Positions 39,501-62,321 of a stretch of 64,000 nucleotides of DNA are shown piece by piece (the first letter of the stretch is position 1; each line of letters begins with the position of its first letter). The notes below the pieces were generated by a model. It saw nothing but the letters and a program-made list of their open reading frames with translations. It was not told the DNA's origin and searched no databases. Position numbers and translations under genes: made by a program. Source of the DNA: Pecten maximus (Eukaryota); the NCBI RefSeq assembly GCF_902652985.1, contig NC_047016.1:15562001-15626000 (forward strand). Direction: 5' to 3'.

Positions 39501-42343
39501 TACATCTGGTTAGTATTTATGGTATTTTTAGCCCCTAACAAGTGATATACAATGTAGTGGAGTACGTAGGGCGGGGCAATCGTCTTGTTTATATAGATAC
39601 TAACAGATGCTTACGCCTGTAGTACAATGTACATGCAGGCGGGAAAACACACCATCTAAAATGAGAAAGACATTGTAAAGGAAGTACTATTTTATATCTA
39701 TAATTTTAATATTCTTCCCCTTGTGTAGGCATATGTACTCAGTGCAACCTCCCCAGTGTCAGCTCCATCAACCGGATATTACGTAACAGAGCAGCAGAGC
39801 GAGCTGCAATGGAGTATGCCCGGTTCGTCAGCAGATCTTTATATCCGGTTCCGTATCCTCCGATGTGGGGTAGTATTCCCGCCCACACAATGGACGTTCG
39901 GGATACCTCTTCACGAGTTCCTGTGATAGAAACACAACCGGAAACGGAAACCAGCGATCACGAAATAGAGAAGGATGATACTGATATTGACGGTAAGAAA
40001 GACAAACAAAAGCCCCCGCCCCCAAGTAACAGTTATTTAATATTAGATAACGGTTTTTCAATTGAATTTGAAAAAAAATATATACATTTCTCAGTGTTGT
40101 TTATTTTATTTCTTTTTTTTTGCTTTTGCAGTTGAGGACAACTCGTCGGATCACGCTGAAGATCCCAATGACATCAACTCCCAGCCGCAGAAGTTGCGAC
40201 GTAACCGGACGACGTTTTCATCAGAACAATTAGACGTTCTCGAGCGGGAGTTTCAGAAGACGCATTACCCTGGTGTCACGACACGTGAAGATCTGGCCAA
40301 GAAAACGGGCCTCTCCGAGGCTAGAGTACAGGTACGATTATACAGCTTCTCACGAAAACTGCATCAAATGGCAACCACGGTACTTAATTAACAAAATCAA
40401 TTAAAAAAGGTAACGTCGTGAATATAAACACTCATACCACACGAAATTACATATAAAACATCTAGATATGTACAAAAACCTATGTTTTATAGGCAGTAAA
40501 AATATTCACCAGACGTAAACGCACTTAAAAATACTTCGATCAGTGTTTGGTCAGAAACGAAATATCCCTCATGTGAGAGTTCAGCCCCACACAATAGAGA
40601 GTACGGTTTATACATGCAGACAATTAACGGTATATGGCCGCTCAGTGCGCAATTGCTCAAAAAGATAAACAATATCTGAATCTATTTGATACAGTTTGAT
40701 GAAAATTAATGTAGATTGAAAATCGGAATTAATCTACATCTAGTTTCATTGCTAACCAATGTGTAGCCAAGCCTGTCGTGTATCGTTAGGCTGTAGTACT
40801 CTAGTACTCACAAATATATTATTGTGATGATATATATTAACGGCGTACTTAGTTTGGACTATATGGACAATTTGAAATCAATATCCTGATAGGACCGGGA
40901 CGATAACATCACAGGGCGCGCACCTGTTCCATCTTTAATAACTAACATCGCTGATCATGTGATACATTCATACGATCGAGAAATTCAAATGTGCTAGTCA
41001 TCAAACCATGTGTGCAGACCATGATTAATAAAAATGTAACGAAAGTAATTTTAACAGGGATACGTACTTTGTAAAAATGTAAAATGATTTGAAATGAGAC
41101 GGTACTATGTATGATAATGGGATTATTAAATACTCATTTCCAATTCCAAGATAAGAATATTATGTTAAATTGGACAACAGATGCGGTTATGACAATTCTC
41201 TGTCATTTTGTACAACGTTACAAAATTCTAATTACATGTGAAACAAGATATTCAATTCCATACATAAAATCTAATGTCGTAAAATGTTAAGCCGAGGATG
41301 AATCACAGCAGAACAAGTTAGGATGCATTGCTGAGCTGATAACTCAGTCAGGTTGTTTTAGTAATGGTGAGTAGTAAGATTTAGGTAACCATAAACAAAG
41401 ACATTCTCGCCGTTAAACATTTTAACTGCTGTCATTTGGCATTCATCAGCAATGTGATTGCCAACTGAATAAAAGTAAATTCCACGGAGCCGTTAACCGA
41501 TAGCAGTCCAATTATGATATCAAATTGTGTTTTAATTTTCTAAATAGTTCATTAGCATGGCATATTGCAATAGTTAATAATAAATAAAACACGTGAGACA
41601 AAACTTAACTGTATAATGAATGCTTGTTTAATTAAAACCGTCATTTTCCAGGAAAAAAGGCTAATGTATGGTAGCAAATGTTAGTTTTTGCGTCAAAATG
41701 ACGTCACACATTCACACCATTCATAGAAGTGGTTTATCACACATCTTGTGATTGTACATGTAGAGAACAAGATTTCTCCTCTCCATCCGGTCTACCCTTC
41801 CTCTGTCTGCCCCCCCCCCCCCCCCCCTTTTCTTTTTTACAAGTATTACTCAATACGGTGTAATTGCTATAAAATAAATGGTATGTTATTGATATAGGTA
41901 ACTAATCCGAAGGTTTCTGATATTTGATCGACCTTCGGATTAATAGGGGTCCTGTGTATGATTTTGCATAACTCGTTATGTTGTGATAATTATGCGCATA
42001 TGTTGAATTAATTAATGTTTTATTTTCTTCGTTTTAGGTTTGGTTTTCAAATAGAAGAGCGAAATGGAGGAGAAATCAACGCCTGACATTCCTACAAAAC
42101 ACGACACGTGCTCTGCTGACGTCATATCACCCTCTAAATCTCACCACGTCATCCAATGTTACTAAGACAGCCTCATCGGACACTTGTCCAACTCGACACA
42201 AACCGGAAATAGATGATCATGACTCTGACAGGAAGTCCCCTGTTACTAAATTCGGAAGTGAGGACTCTGCTTTCACACGTGTGCCAAGCGCAGTGGTCAC
42301 TTCCGAGAGCAAAATGGAATCTGATACGGAAATCGAAATTTAG
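27581..42343 (+). CDS. eyg: Eyegone-class Pax transcription factor (degenerate PAI, RED subdomain, paired-type S50 homeodomain)
   Basis: Exons 27581-27740, 32744-32905 ([41 protein letters not shown]), 39729-39992 ([32 protein letters not shown]), 40132-40331 ([47 protein letters not shown]), 42038-42343 ([15 protein letters not shown]). Phases fit. RNRAAERAA after RED and the truncated paired domain are Eyg/Toe hallmarks. The start codon is less certain than the rest. Confidence 0.88.
28371..28620 (-). pseudogene. 3' relic of non-LTR retrotransposon ORF2
   Basis: [33 protein letters not shown], same C-terminal LINE signature as 23330-23764. Confidence 0.6.
28998..30411. repeat. 33-bp minisatellite, about 43 copies, intronic
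   Basis: Unit GTCAGTATGTCACCATAACTCGATATATGTTGT. Confidence 0.95.
33215..33283. mobile_element. Tiny hairpin MITE
   Basis: TAGCCCGAGTTTCCTCTGGCCCTGACAC ... GTGTCAGGTCCAGAGGCAACTCTGGCTA inverted arms, flanked by CGTGATACT / CGTGATATT. Confidence 0.65.
34060..37644. repeat. 42-bp G-rich minisatellite, about 85 copies, intronic
   Basis: Unit ATGGGAGTGGGGTATTGTGTGGGGTATAGTCCACCCTCCGTT. Confidence 0.97.
37922..39106. repeat. 27-bp AT-rich minisatellite, about 40 copies, intronic
   Basis: Unit ATATATAATGTTTGATATGTGTGTACC, with dinucleotide slippage variants. Confidence 0.95.
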
Positions 42344-43007
42344 AATGAAAGACAACGATGACGTTGTTTTAACATCACTACATATTAAAGTCAACAAACT
42401 CGAGAGTGAAAGACAATTGGAAATTTAAAAAACTTCAAAGTTGAACTTATTATGTAATAACATGAAATGCATCTTTTTGGATTATATACCGCATATAACA
42501 CTTGGAAGTATTCTGTGATGTACGAGTTGAACAGAACTCACGGTTTCATCTAAATATTAACTGATTTATCAAGGATATTGAATAGTGTTATCAAGATCGT
42601 ATTGTTAGCTTCCGACAGGAATAGTGAATTCCATCAGAATTTAAAACTAAAAGAGTCTGGATATGACCATCTATTGAATACTTCAGCATTACACCTGATT
42701 AAAAAACGTAATGATACCGTTTGTACCAAGGAAATGTAAATATTACCGTGAAATAACTATACGTATTCAGGGAATTTGTATTTGTTTTCAGACAACCCAA
42801 CACTTAAAGGGATAAGTGCTCGACTGCAACTTAAATGGAACTTCTTCAACTTCTAAAGTGCAGTTCATCCATAATGAGCTATTTGTAAATAGAACAGGAT
42901 AAATGGAAAGTGTTTCAAATGTAAATAATGTACAGTTTACACAGTGGTATTCAGACATAAAATGATTGTATGTATCCATTTGTGTTCGTTATCATTTCTT
43001 ATATTAA

Positions 43008-43710
43008 ATGTCTGGTCGTCCGTTCAAAAGTCATGTGTCCTCCACGGATAAGTTTATGTCAAGCTGTGTCGTCTGTTCGTCCGTACATAAGTCTATGTGT
43101 CCTCCAATGATAAGTTTATGTCAAGGTGTGTCGTCCGTTCGTCCGTACATAAGTCTAGTTGTCCTCCACTGATAAGTTTATATCAAGGTGTAGTAGTTGC
43201 CTCCACTGATAAGTTTATATCAAGGTGTGTCGTCTGTTCGTCCGTACATAAGTCCACGTGCCCTCCACTGATTAGCTTGTCAAGGCGTATCATCTGTTCG
43301 TCCGTACATAAGTCTAGTTGTCCTCCACTGATAAGTTTATGTCAAGGTGTGTCGTCCGTTCGTCCGTACATAAGTCTAGTTGTCCTCCACTGATAAGTTT
43401 ATGTCAAGGTGTGTCGTCCGTTCGTCCGTACATAAGTCTAGTTGTCCTCCACGGATTAGTTTTTATCAAGGTGTGTCGTCCGTCCGTCCGTACATAAGTC
43501 TAGGTGTCCTCCACGGATTAGCTTGTCAAGGCGTGTCATCTGTTCGTCCGTACATAAGTCTAGTTGTCCTCCACGGATTAGTTTATCAAAGTGTGTCGTC
43601 CATTCGTCCGTACACAAGTTCACGTGTCCTCCACTGATTAGTTTGTCAAGGCGTGTCATCTGTTCGTCCGTACATAAGTCTAGACGTCCTCAACGGATAA
43701 TTTTATATCA
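43008..43710. repeat. About 62-bp minisatellite, about 11 copies
   Basis: Unit GTGTGTCGTCCGTTCGTCCGTACATAAGTCTAGTTGTCCTCCACTGATAAGTTTATGTCAAG. Confidence 0.9.
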
Positions 43711-43904
43711 ACGTGATAACAGCTATAAGGTTGGATTTTCATGTTTCAGTAGTATCCTTTATGACATTCGAAACGCGAGATAAAAGATTGTCGCCATCTT
43801 TAAAACGTTGCTTTCACTTGTACCGTTTAATTAGCTCATTAACAGAAAGTTGAATAGAGACTTTCAGCTCCGACGTTATACGAATGAGTTGCTTGGTCCA
43901 CTGA

Positions 43905-44060
43905 TTTGGTTTGGTTTGTTCAACGTCCTTTTACAGCCAGGGTCATTTAAGGACGTGTCAGCTTTTGGACGTGGGGAAAGCCGGAGTACCCGGAGAAAAA
44001 CTACCGGCCTACGGTCAGTACCTGGCAACTGCCCCACGTAGGTTTCGAACTCGCGACCCA
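43905..44060 (-). mobile_element. tRNA-derived SINE, 5'-truncated
   Basis: Minus strand reads GAGTTCGAAACC (B-box-like) followed by TTTTTCTCCGGGTACTCCGGCTTTCC (V-SINE-type core). Second copy at 22772. Confidence 0.75.
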
Positions 44061-44289
44061 CTCAATTGCAAGCACCTCGGTGACTTGAAGTAGTTAGAGC
44101 CTAGCTGCGATAACGTAGCTCTGGACGACGGACGGACAATTTCTGACAGATGGTCGTCGTGGGAGGGACTTCATACCCTGCAGGAGAGCAATGTAGGCAG
44201 GGTATGGATATTCGTTCTAGTGAGGTTAGTGTGGAAATTGGCATAATGGAACTACCCAGGTTTTAGTTTAGGTAAGATAAGGGAAAACA

Positions 44290-45058
44290 GAATGGCAATT
44301 ATGCAGCCATCTTTGATTTTGACCGATGAAGTTGATTATCTCTATTTCTTAAGAAGTACCAGAAGGATATTTCTAAACCTTTAAATATTGGTTCCCCTTA
44401 GCCCCTTGTTATGCCAATTCCATTTTTAGTCTGATCAGGGTGGTCAGGTGGCTTATATAGTGGTAGCAAACCTCCTTTCACCTAAACGGCCGGTTATATT
44501 CCCGGATCAGACATGAAAAAGTAATTATATAAGGGGTCCGAGTGACCATGTCGGTTTTCCTAAGGTTCTCCACTTTCATCCCACAGTAAGACCCCTCCTC
44601 CACTTCCATCTGGACCAACAAGCGTGATAGATAAAGTTAATACAACTTGTTCCACTACTGTTGTAAAATAACTATAATTTACATGATCAGGAAAATAATA
44701 TGGCCGATAGGCAGTCATCTTGGATTTTGACAGCTGAAGTTCGTTATCGCAATATCTTGAGAAGTACTGGATGGATATTTTTCAAACTGAAAGAGTCGAT
44801 TCCCCTTGGTTCCAAGTTGTGCCCATTCAATTTTGAGTCTGATCAGCAAAATAGAATGGCTGACATTGGTTTTATGAGTTGAAATTTGTTATCACTATTT
44901 CTCTAAGTACGCCGATCATTCTCAGATTTCATAGATCTCCCTTGATACTAAATGATTCAAAGGAAAGAGGGGAAGAATGTTAAAGTACAGAAAAGATCAA
45001 ATTAACATAAAACCAGGATCATACAGTGATGGCCATCAAGATCCCTTTGGGATCTCTG
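44290..45058 (+). mobile_element. Degenerate copy of the HINE family seen at 54694, interrupted by a SINE
   Basis: GCAGCCATCTT.GATTTTGAC..GAAGT..TTATC.CTATTTCT..GAAGTAC units and the same terminal stem-loop CAAGATCCC-TTT-GGGATCTCT. Confidence 0.75.
44440..44683 (+). mobile_element. SINE inserted in the HINE copy
   Basis: Flanked by 8-bp direct repeat TGATCAGG (44432-44439, 44684-44691). Similar to 21358-21552. Confidence 0.65.
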
Positions 45059-45247
45059 ATTTTACATTTTACATACCAGCTATCTTGCATATTTGACATC
45101 TAACCTGTGCTGCTGGTATGACCACTGGATATTGACTATGTATTTGGTGAACATTTCTCTTAGAGCGCACCTTACAACACCACTATCAACCTACACATAT
45201 TAGACAGACATCTTATTTTTATAATCTTTTATTTACATATACATGTT

Positions 45248-45655
45248 TTAATGCACTTGGCATGCTCTTATCATGACGATTTGAAGTAATATGAAAAGTG
45301 GTGCCATTACTTCTGAATTTGAGATGATTTTAACTCTGCTTAGTTTCTGACTCAATAGAATTTTAAAAACAAACAGAAGTGTCACATATAGAAGTGAAGA
45401 CAGAAGACGCACTATAGCTGGTCTTAGGTTTCCAAAGTCTCTATACATTCTTATAAAAACTATAATACAAAAGTAGGCGCACAATCCGTCACAAATAAAA
45501 AGTGGAGTGAACGCCTCCCACCATGTCATGTCCACCATGTCTTCGTACTTCAGCACTGACAGCACAGAGAACACCGCCACAGATACTACGTGCATCCAGA
45601 TCTCGAACGAAGTTATTCCCAGCCATTTTACAATTTCTTTGAGGGTGAAAAACAT
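45248..45655 (-). CDS. TMEM203: Transmembrane protein 203
   Basis: Single coding exon, 135 aa. MFFTLKEIVKWLGITSFEIWMH..WWEAFTPLFICDGLCAYFCIIVFIR..LFILLQIVMIRACQVH matches TMEM203 length and motifs. 5' UTR acceptor TTTGCAG at 45964. Confidence 0.92.
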   Translation of the reverse strand: MFFTLKEIVKWLGITSFEIWMHVVSVAVFSVLSVLKYEDMVDMTWWEAFTPLFICDGLCAYFCIIVFIRMYRDFGNLRPAIVRLLSSLLYVTLLFVFKILLSQKLSRVKIISNSEVMAPLFILLQIVMIRACQVH

Positions 45656-46246
45656 TTTGTCTTTTTTCTATCCTCTTAGGAATGTTTCAATTTATCAATG
45701 ACAATCATTCTTGACTCCTTTCAGAAATGAAATATCGTCATTGTGTGGAAATTCTCCTGTGCTAACTTAAGATTCACACCAGAAACTCTTTTCTTCTTGA
45801 TACTAGTCCTTTCAAGTTTCAAAATAGTAAGTTTAGCCAATGATACCATCAAATAGTACTGTACACAGCTTGTTTATGATGAATTCACAGTGTTGTCTCG
45901 TGTTGTAGATCTTTCATTCAGCAGATGAAGTTTCTTTACAATGGAAGATGTTGTGTTCAAGTCCTGCAAACAAAGAATGAACATATATGTTAATATACTG
46001 GTAAATTATATTGTCAGAAATTCCATGTCTCTGGACGTTGTTTCTATTGATCATTAAAACCATATTTGAGTCCAGAATTAAGCAGTAATTTATATTATTT
46101 TTACAGATTAATTGAACTTTAGAGTTGTTATGGTGCTTAGTGATACTTCATAGATTCTATATAGCAATCAATTCCCTGTGCACAATGTTTGCAAAGCTTA
46201 ACATAGACACAAGAACTGGACATTCAATGAATGATTACAATACTAC

Positions 46247-47200
46247 GAAACAAGAGGCCCAGAGGGCCTGTATCATTCACCTGGCTTATTTGAGCAAACA
46301 TCAAAATAATGTTTGTGTTCCATTTGTTAAATAGTGTTATTGGTTGATGTTTAATAATGCTATGTGTATGATTATAGGGTGGGGATCTCAAGTGCTTCAA
46401 ACACATAACCCAGAAATGAAGTCAAGACTCAACATGATTGTGTTTAAAGAAACCTAAATTCCCTTGAGGTGGGAATAGACCCCTGGGCCTATTTTTTCAT
46501 CAGGATTGTGTTCATCTCTTGATGTCCAGCAATGCTATACATATATGTATATGGCTATTGGGTGGGGATCTGAACGGTTACAAAGATATAAAAAAATTAG
46601 TCTTCAGGTGTGGGGAAAGACCCCAGGGCCTTTTTTTACAAGATTGACGTGTTTATCTTTTGATGCCCAGCAATGCTATATATGGTTTGGGGGGTGGGGA
46701 TCTCAATAGTTTCAAAAAGTCCTTAATATAGCAATATAGTCAAATTGCTCCATTTTGCCGCACTCCTGAGGCCCCTGGGGGTCAGCCCCGTTCTTTGTAT
46801 AATTTTGAATCCCAACCATCTGGGGATGTTACCACTGAGATATCAATGTCATACATTGCTCAGCTCCAGAGAAGAAGTAATTAATATTGCCAAATGGATC
46901 ATTTTTGGCTCTCCTCTCAGAACCCTGGAGAGACAGTCCCATGGCCATCATTTGTATAAATTTGAATCCCAGGCACATAGGGATGATACCACTAAAATAT
47001 CAATGTCATACTACATAGCTTAGTTTCAGAGAAACAGTCGTTAATATTGCCAAATGGACCCTTCTGATCCCGCCCCTCAGTCCCCTGGGGGGTCAAACCC
47101 ATCATTTGTATAAATTTGAATCCCAGTCACATAGGGATGCTTCCTACAGGTTAAATTCTGATCAGCGTTTAAGAAGAAGTCAATTGTTGACGGCTGGACA
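46247..47200 (-). mobile_element. Probable second HINE/Helentron-type family, reverse orientation
   Basis: AAACAAGAGGCCC-AGA-GGGCCT terminal stem-loop. Internal degenerate ~165-bp repeats (TTTGTATAAATTTGAATCCCA..GGGATG) and GACGG-type end. Confidence 0.5.
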
Positions 47201-48059
47201 CTGCCAATAAGAATCTTTTCTAAAAAAATTTTTTTTTTTTATATATATATAATTGTAACCTTTCATTCTCAGAGTGGACATCCTACCACTAGGCTAAAGG
47301 GAAATTCCCTCTAGCCTGAACTAGTATAGTGACCTATACTCTCCACTTTGACATTAATCCATGATGACTACGTATACCTCTTCAAGGTAAGACAATATCA
47401 AACCCAATACCACCCCATTCTAGTATGATTCTACCAAAAAGAGTGCATTCTGCTTAATTTTTTTTAACATTAACATGATTTAAGGAAAATTGTTTTGGTT
47501 TTTGAATTTTTACCTCAGGAAACGAAGTGTAACCCGATTAAGAGGAAGGTACTGTATATGGTGTTACCCAGGTAATATATTTGTGTGTAAATGTGAGTAA
47601 GGGAGTAGCTCAAACAGGTGTAAGCTTATACGTGTACATAGTTGCCGGTTACGTACATTGGACCTTTGATCATATGCAATCTGATGGTGACAGCAATATA
47701 TACCAGCTAGATTTCCTTCCCACATTTCAAATAGTCAAGTATATCATATACATGTATTGGTTAGTAGGCCTTTCTAGTATGGGAATAGTATTGGGTAGAA
47801 TGGGTAATATGGAGATAGTATTGAGTAGCATTGGGTAGTATAGGAGTATGGAGGAGTATTGGGTAATATGAGAGCAGTACATTTAACAGCACACAGATCA
47901 GTAATAGGAAGGTGCAATGAAAAATACCCTGCCCGCACCGAGCCTCAAACTAGTGACCTCTCACGTTTAGTGTTATTCATTGATCACAGCACTTGTGGAC
48001 AGGAGTTTGGTTTTTCATTAAATATGGTAAGAAGGTAATATTTTTAGAACTGTGGATTG

Positions 48060-48410
48060 TAACCCTGGTAAAACACTAGTGACAATATACCTCTCGACTA
48101 AAAAGATGATGTCCCTTTAGCTCATTGATCGGTTGAGTGTAAGACTAGTAATCCAGAGGTACCAGGTTTGATCCCTAGTGGAGGCAGTAATTTAGATATA
48201 ATAAATCATTCAAAAGTATCTCTGTAACCCCTTTGAACTTGAAAGAGAAGTTTTTGCCTGGTAAAATACTAGCTGCAATATATACCTCTTGGCCAGATAG
48301 ATCTTTTCTTTATCTCGATTGGGTGAGCATAAGACTAATAATCTAGAGTTCTCTGGTTCGATCCAAAATGGAGACAGAAATTGAATTACTCATGCGCTCT
48401 GTATTACAAG
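48060..48410 (+). repeat. Two tandem degenerate tRNA-like units
   Basis: TTTAGCTCA..GGTTGAGTGTAAGACTAGTAATCCAGAGGTACCAGGTTTGATCCCTAGTGGAGGCAG and a second copy ending GGTTCGATCC..TGGAGACAG. Stems are imperfect, so not a functional tRNA. Confidence 0.55.
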
Positions 48411-49200
48411 ATGTTTAATTTCAAATAAACCCACTGTGCATTTTTGTATTTTTAATGCCACTTGCGTATACGTGAGTGCATGAATTGTTAACGTGTTTTT
48501 ATAAACTTTTGAAATTAAGAATCTTATTATCCAACGATTTATCTTCTTCTTACTGATCAATTATGACGTATTGATAGTAGAAATAGACTACTTAATAGTA
48601 GTCTGTTATGAAAAATCGTTGTCCACAAGTAAGCTTAGGCATACTGTGTTCATTGATAGAACAATACATCTTAATCAGGCAACCATTTAACCATTGAATG
48701 CATAAACTATTAAATAAGTCTACAAAAAATATACTTTTGTAAATACAATCACTGGCTTCCCTCGCATATGTGCGTAGCCTACTAAAGGTAACATACCATT
48801 GACAGTCGACACTTCCTGCAAGAGTTTTCCTTGTTTGGGGTAATCAGCGTCAATATAGTGTTTTATTATCTTGGGTGAATGACGCTCAAAACAAACACTT
48901 CACAGACCAAGTAAATAACCTGAATGATATATACGTGGTCAGTAAACTTATCTACAATGAGAAATCATTCTAGGTATGTAAATCATTCCTGCCACGTGTG
49001 TCACTGGACTGAAAGGTAAACACTCTACATGTACACATGCGATCGTATTGGTGTACTTTGGTCGACGTCCGTGGCTAAAACAATATCAAAATATATATAG
49101 GGCTAACGGATTTAGGTTCCCGGCCTTTTTTTCATTACCGCTTGCCACAGGTACTAGCCTCGTCTGTCAGTATCCTCATTGGGACAGATGCAGTTACATG

Positions 49201-49298
49201 TGCCCTTTTAGTTTTTTTAGTCTACGCGAGGTTTCCGTCCTCGCTGAGCTCACCTTATTAATTAGGACACCTGCGTTACCTTTTGACAGATGTACCGC
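49201..49298 (-). pseudogene. About 100-bp 28S (LSU) rRNA-derived fragment
   Basis: Minus strand GCGGTACATCTGTCAAAAGGTAACGCAGGTGTCCTAA(ttaat)AAGGTGAGCTCAGCGAGGACGGAAACCTCGCGTAGA..AAGGGCA matches a conserved eukaryotic 28S segment. Confidence 0.85.
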
Positions 49299-49340
49299 AG
49301 CTGATAGTTGTACAAGATCAGACCATACATACATTATATG

Positions 49341-49445
49341 TAGGTGCTTAGCACGTTTATAAGTCCAAGACCGATTATAGACTAATACATATATTGATAA
49401 TTAGTCTATAATCGGTCTTGGGCGTATAAACGTGCTAAGGACCTA
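49341..49445. repeat. 105-bp near-perfect palindrome (46-bp arms, 3 mismatches)
   Basis: TAGGTGCTTAGCACGTTTATAAGTCCAAGACCGATTATAGACTAAT-13 nt-ATTAGTCTATAATCGGTCTTGGGCGTATAAACGTGCTAAGGACCTA. Confidence 0.9.
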
Positions 49446-51229
49446 TGATAAGACGCACTATTTGTACTATATTTCGTTATTGATGGACGGGGCGAGTACC
49501 TATGTAGTGATAAGTACCTGTTCCTCTTGCTACATTGATTTAATGATTTAATGTATTGTATGTGGCTTTTCATAACTGATCACACTCACAGTTTGAGTTC
49601 GAACCTCTAGAACGAATATTCATAATTACTTCAGCTAGCTAAAGGTCTCTAATTTATGTTGGTTCGGACGCCAAACGGCACCTACCATAAGTTTCTTGCC
49701 GTGCTATCCTCTAATATTGTTGGAGTAATTCAAACCCTGCCTACACTGCTCTCCGGCAGACGACAATCTGTCTGAAATTGTCTGTCTGTCGTCCAGAGCT
49801 ACTTTATCGCAGCTACCGAACCTCATGCCAATGTTTCATTTTTTGATGGTGTTGTGGCCCTACTTGCTCACAGGAAATTCTCAAAATTCACTGTTTTACT
49901 GATTTTTTTTCGCTACCTCATGTCACATCATTTTGAAACTTTGTTTTTGGCTTTATCACCATGGTGTGAAATATTGGCACCGACCACAACGGGACTCTGA
50001 CGCGAGACCTCCATACGGTGGATCATCCGATGCTCTAAACATTTGAGCTTTAACCCGGAAGGCTTATTCAAGATGATCACTGTTCCGAACAAAAGTGGGT
50101 GCTCACACTTAACTGCATTCAAAATGATCGACCGCCGATGTAAATGTAAATTTGACACCATGTCAGATTTGATAGCAAGCTGTTCTGTGTGTAGATACTC
50201 ATGTGCTCTGGAAAGCTGACTTGTGCATTTTTGCAACAAAAGTGATGGTTTGTTATTACTTGCAAGCTCTCTGTATAGACATAGCAGATATTCATCTTCA
50301 TCCCAGTCCAGTTCCGCTACATTCCTCTCTCCTTCAACAAGTTTTCAACCCCAAAGATGCACACAAGACCCTATACCACTGTGGGTGAATTTAGTTAGGC
50401 GCACATGCAACAGGAGGGGAAAAGAGAACAACCAGATCAGGAGTCAAACCTGGGACTTTGAATGGTTATATAGATGGATGTTCTAGCTATTTGAACTACC
50501 TGCACAGTTCAGTTCCACTACAATTAATTAATGGATTGCAGTATGAGTATTTTTTTAGATGAAGTTTCAATCGACCTGTTCTAATCACCTTTGCCCTTAC
50601 TTGTTCATCATGTGTCTTCTTCTCTGCAACCCCTGAACCAATTTCAATGAAATTTTGTATAAGCCTTCCATGGCCAAAGGTCAAGCATAATTGTGAATTA
50701 TATGGTCCCCATCCCAAGGGGCCTATTGGAATGGGGCAAAAAGGGGTTAGATTGACAGAATATTTTAAAATCTTCTCCTCAAGACCCTATTAAGATAGAA
50801 TTGAAAACTCTTCATAGATGGAAGGATCTTAAGGTGCTTTACCAAAATTGTGAATTTCATGACCCTCAAGTCTCACGTTCCCCTTAGGGTTTAAATGGAA
50901 ATACCCAGTAATCAAAACTTGGTTAGTATATCTAGAAAGACTGAAATATTTGGGATACCAGGTCTAAAGGGTGATCTTATATGAGTCTCTTTAATAAAGA
51001 TTGAAAACAATGCATGTTGGAAACGTATCTAACGTCTGTCACAAATTTTGATTACTACTTACAGTTTTTAGTCATTAGACAAGCAGTTTGTATAGAGTTC
51101 AATAATACTACATTTTTTAAAGATTATTAGGTTGCTATGTCCACTAAAAGCAGATCTAGCAGTCATTTATACTGTTGATGACATTGAATGCTGAATTCTA
51201 TTTTAGCTTTATTTTTTCAGTTCACAAGA

Positions 51230-62321
<11,092 letters not shown>

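Noticed and set aside
32722-42343. Calling the Pax gene Pax6
   Set aside because: No intact PAI exon found, and the post-[12 protein letters not shown] and homeodomain residues fit Eyg rather than Pax6.
48110-48190. Functional tRNA-Thr(AGT) gene
   Set aside because: Acceptor and anticodon stems do not pair well, the T-loop is GTTTGA, and it sits in a degenerate tandem duplicate.
49201-49298. Genuine rRNA gene
   Set aside because: Only ~100 bp, with insertions and no flanking rDNA.
44102-49815. Inverted ~125-bp repeats (44102-44227 and 49601-49815) bracketing TMEM203, suggesting a gene-capturing transposon
   Set aside because: No shared target duplication outside the pair. The right copy has its own flanking direct repeat (CGAACCTC), and TMEM203-NDOR1 linkage is ancient. 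More likely two independent insertions of one short element.
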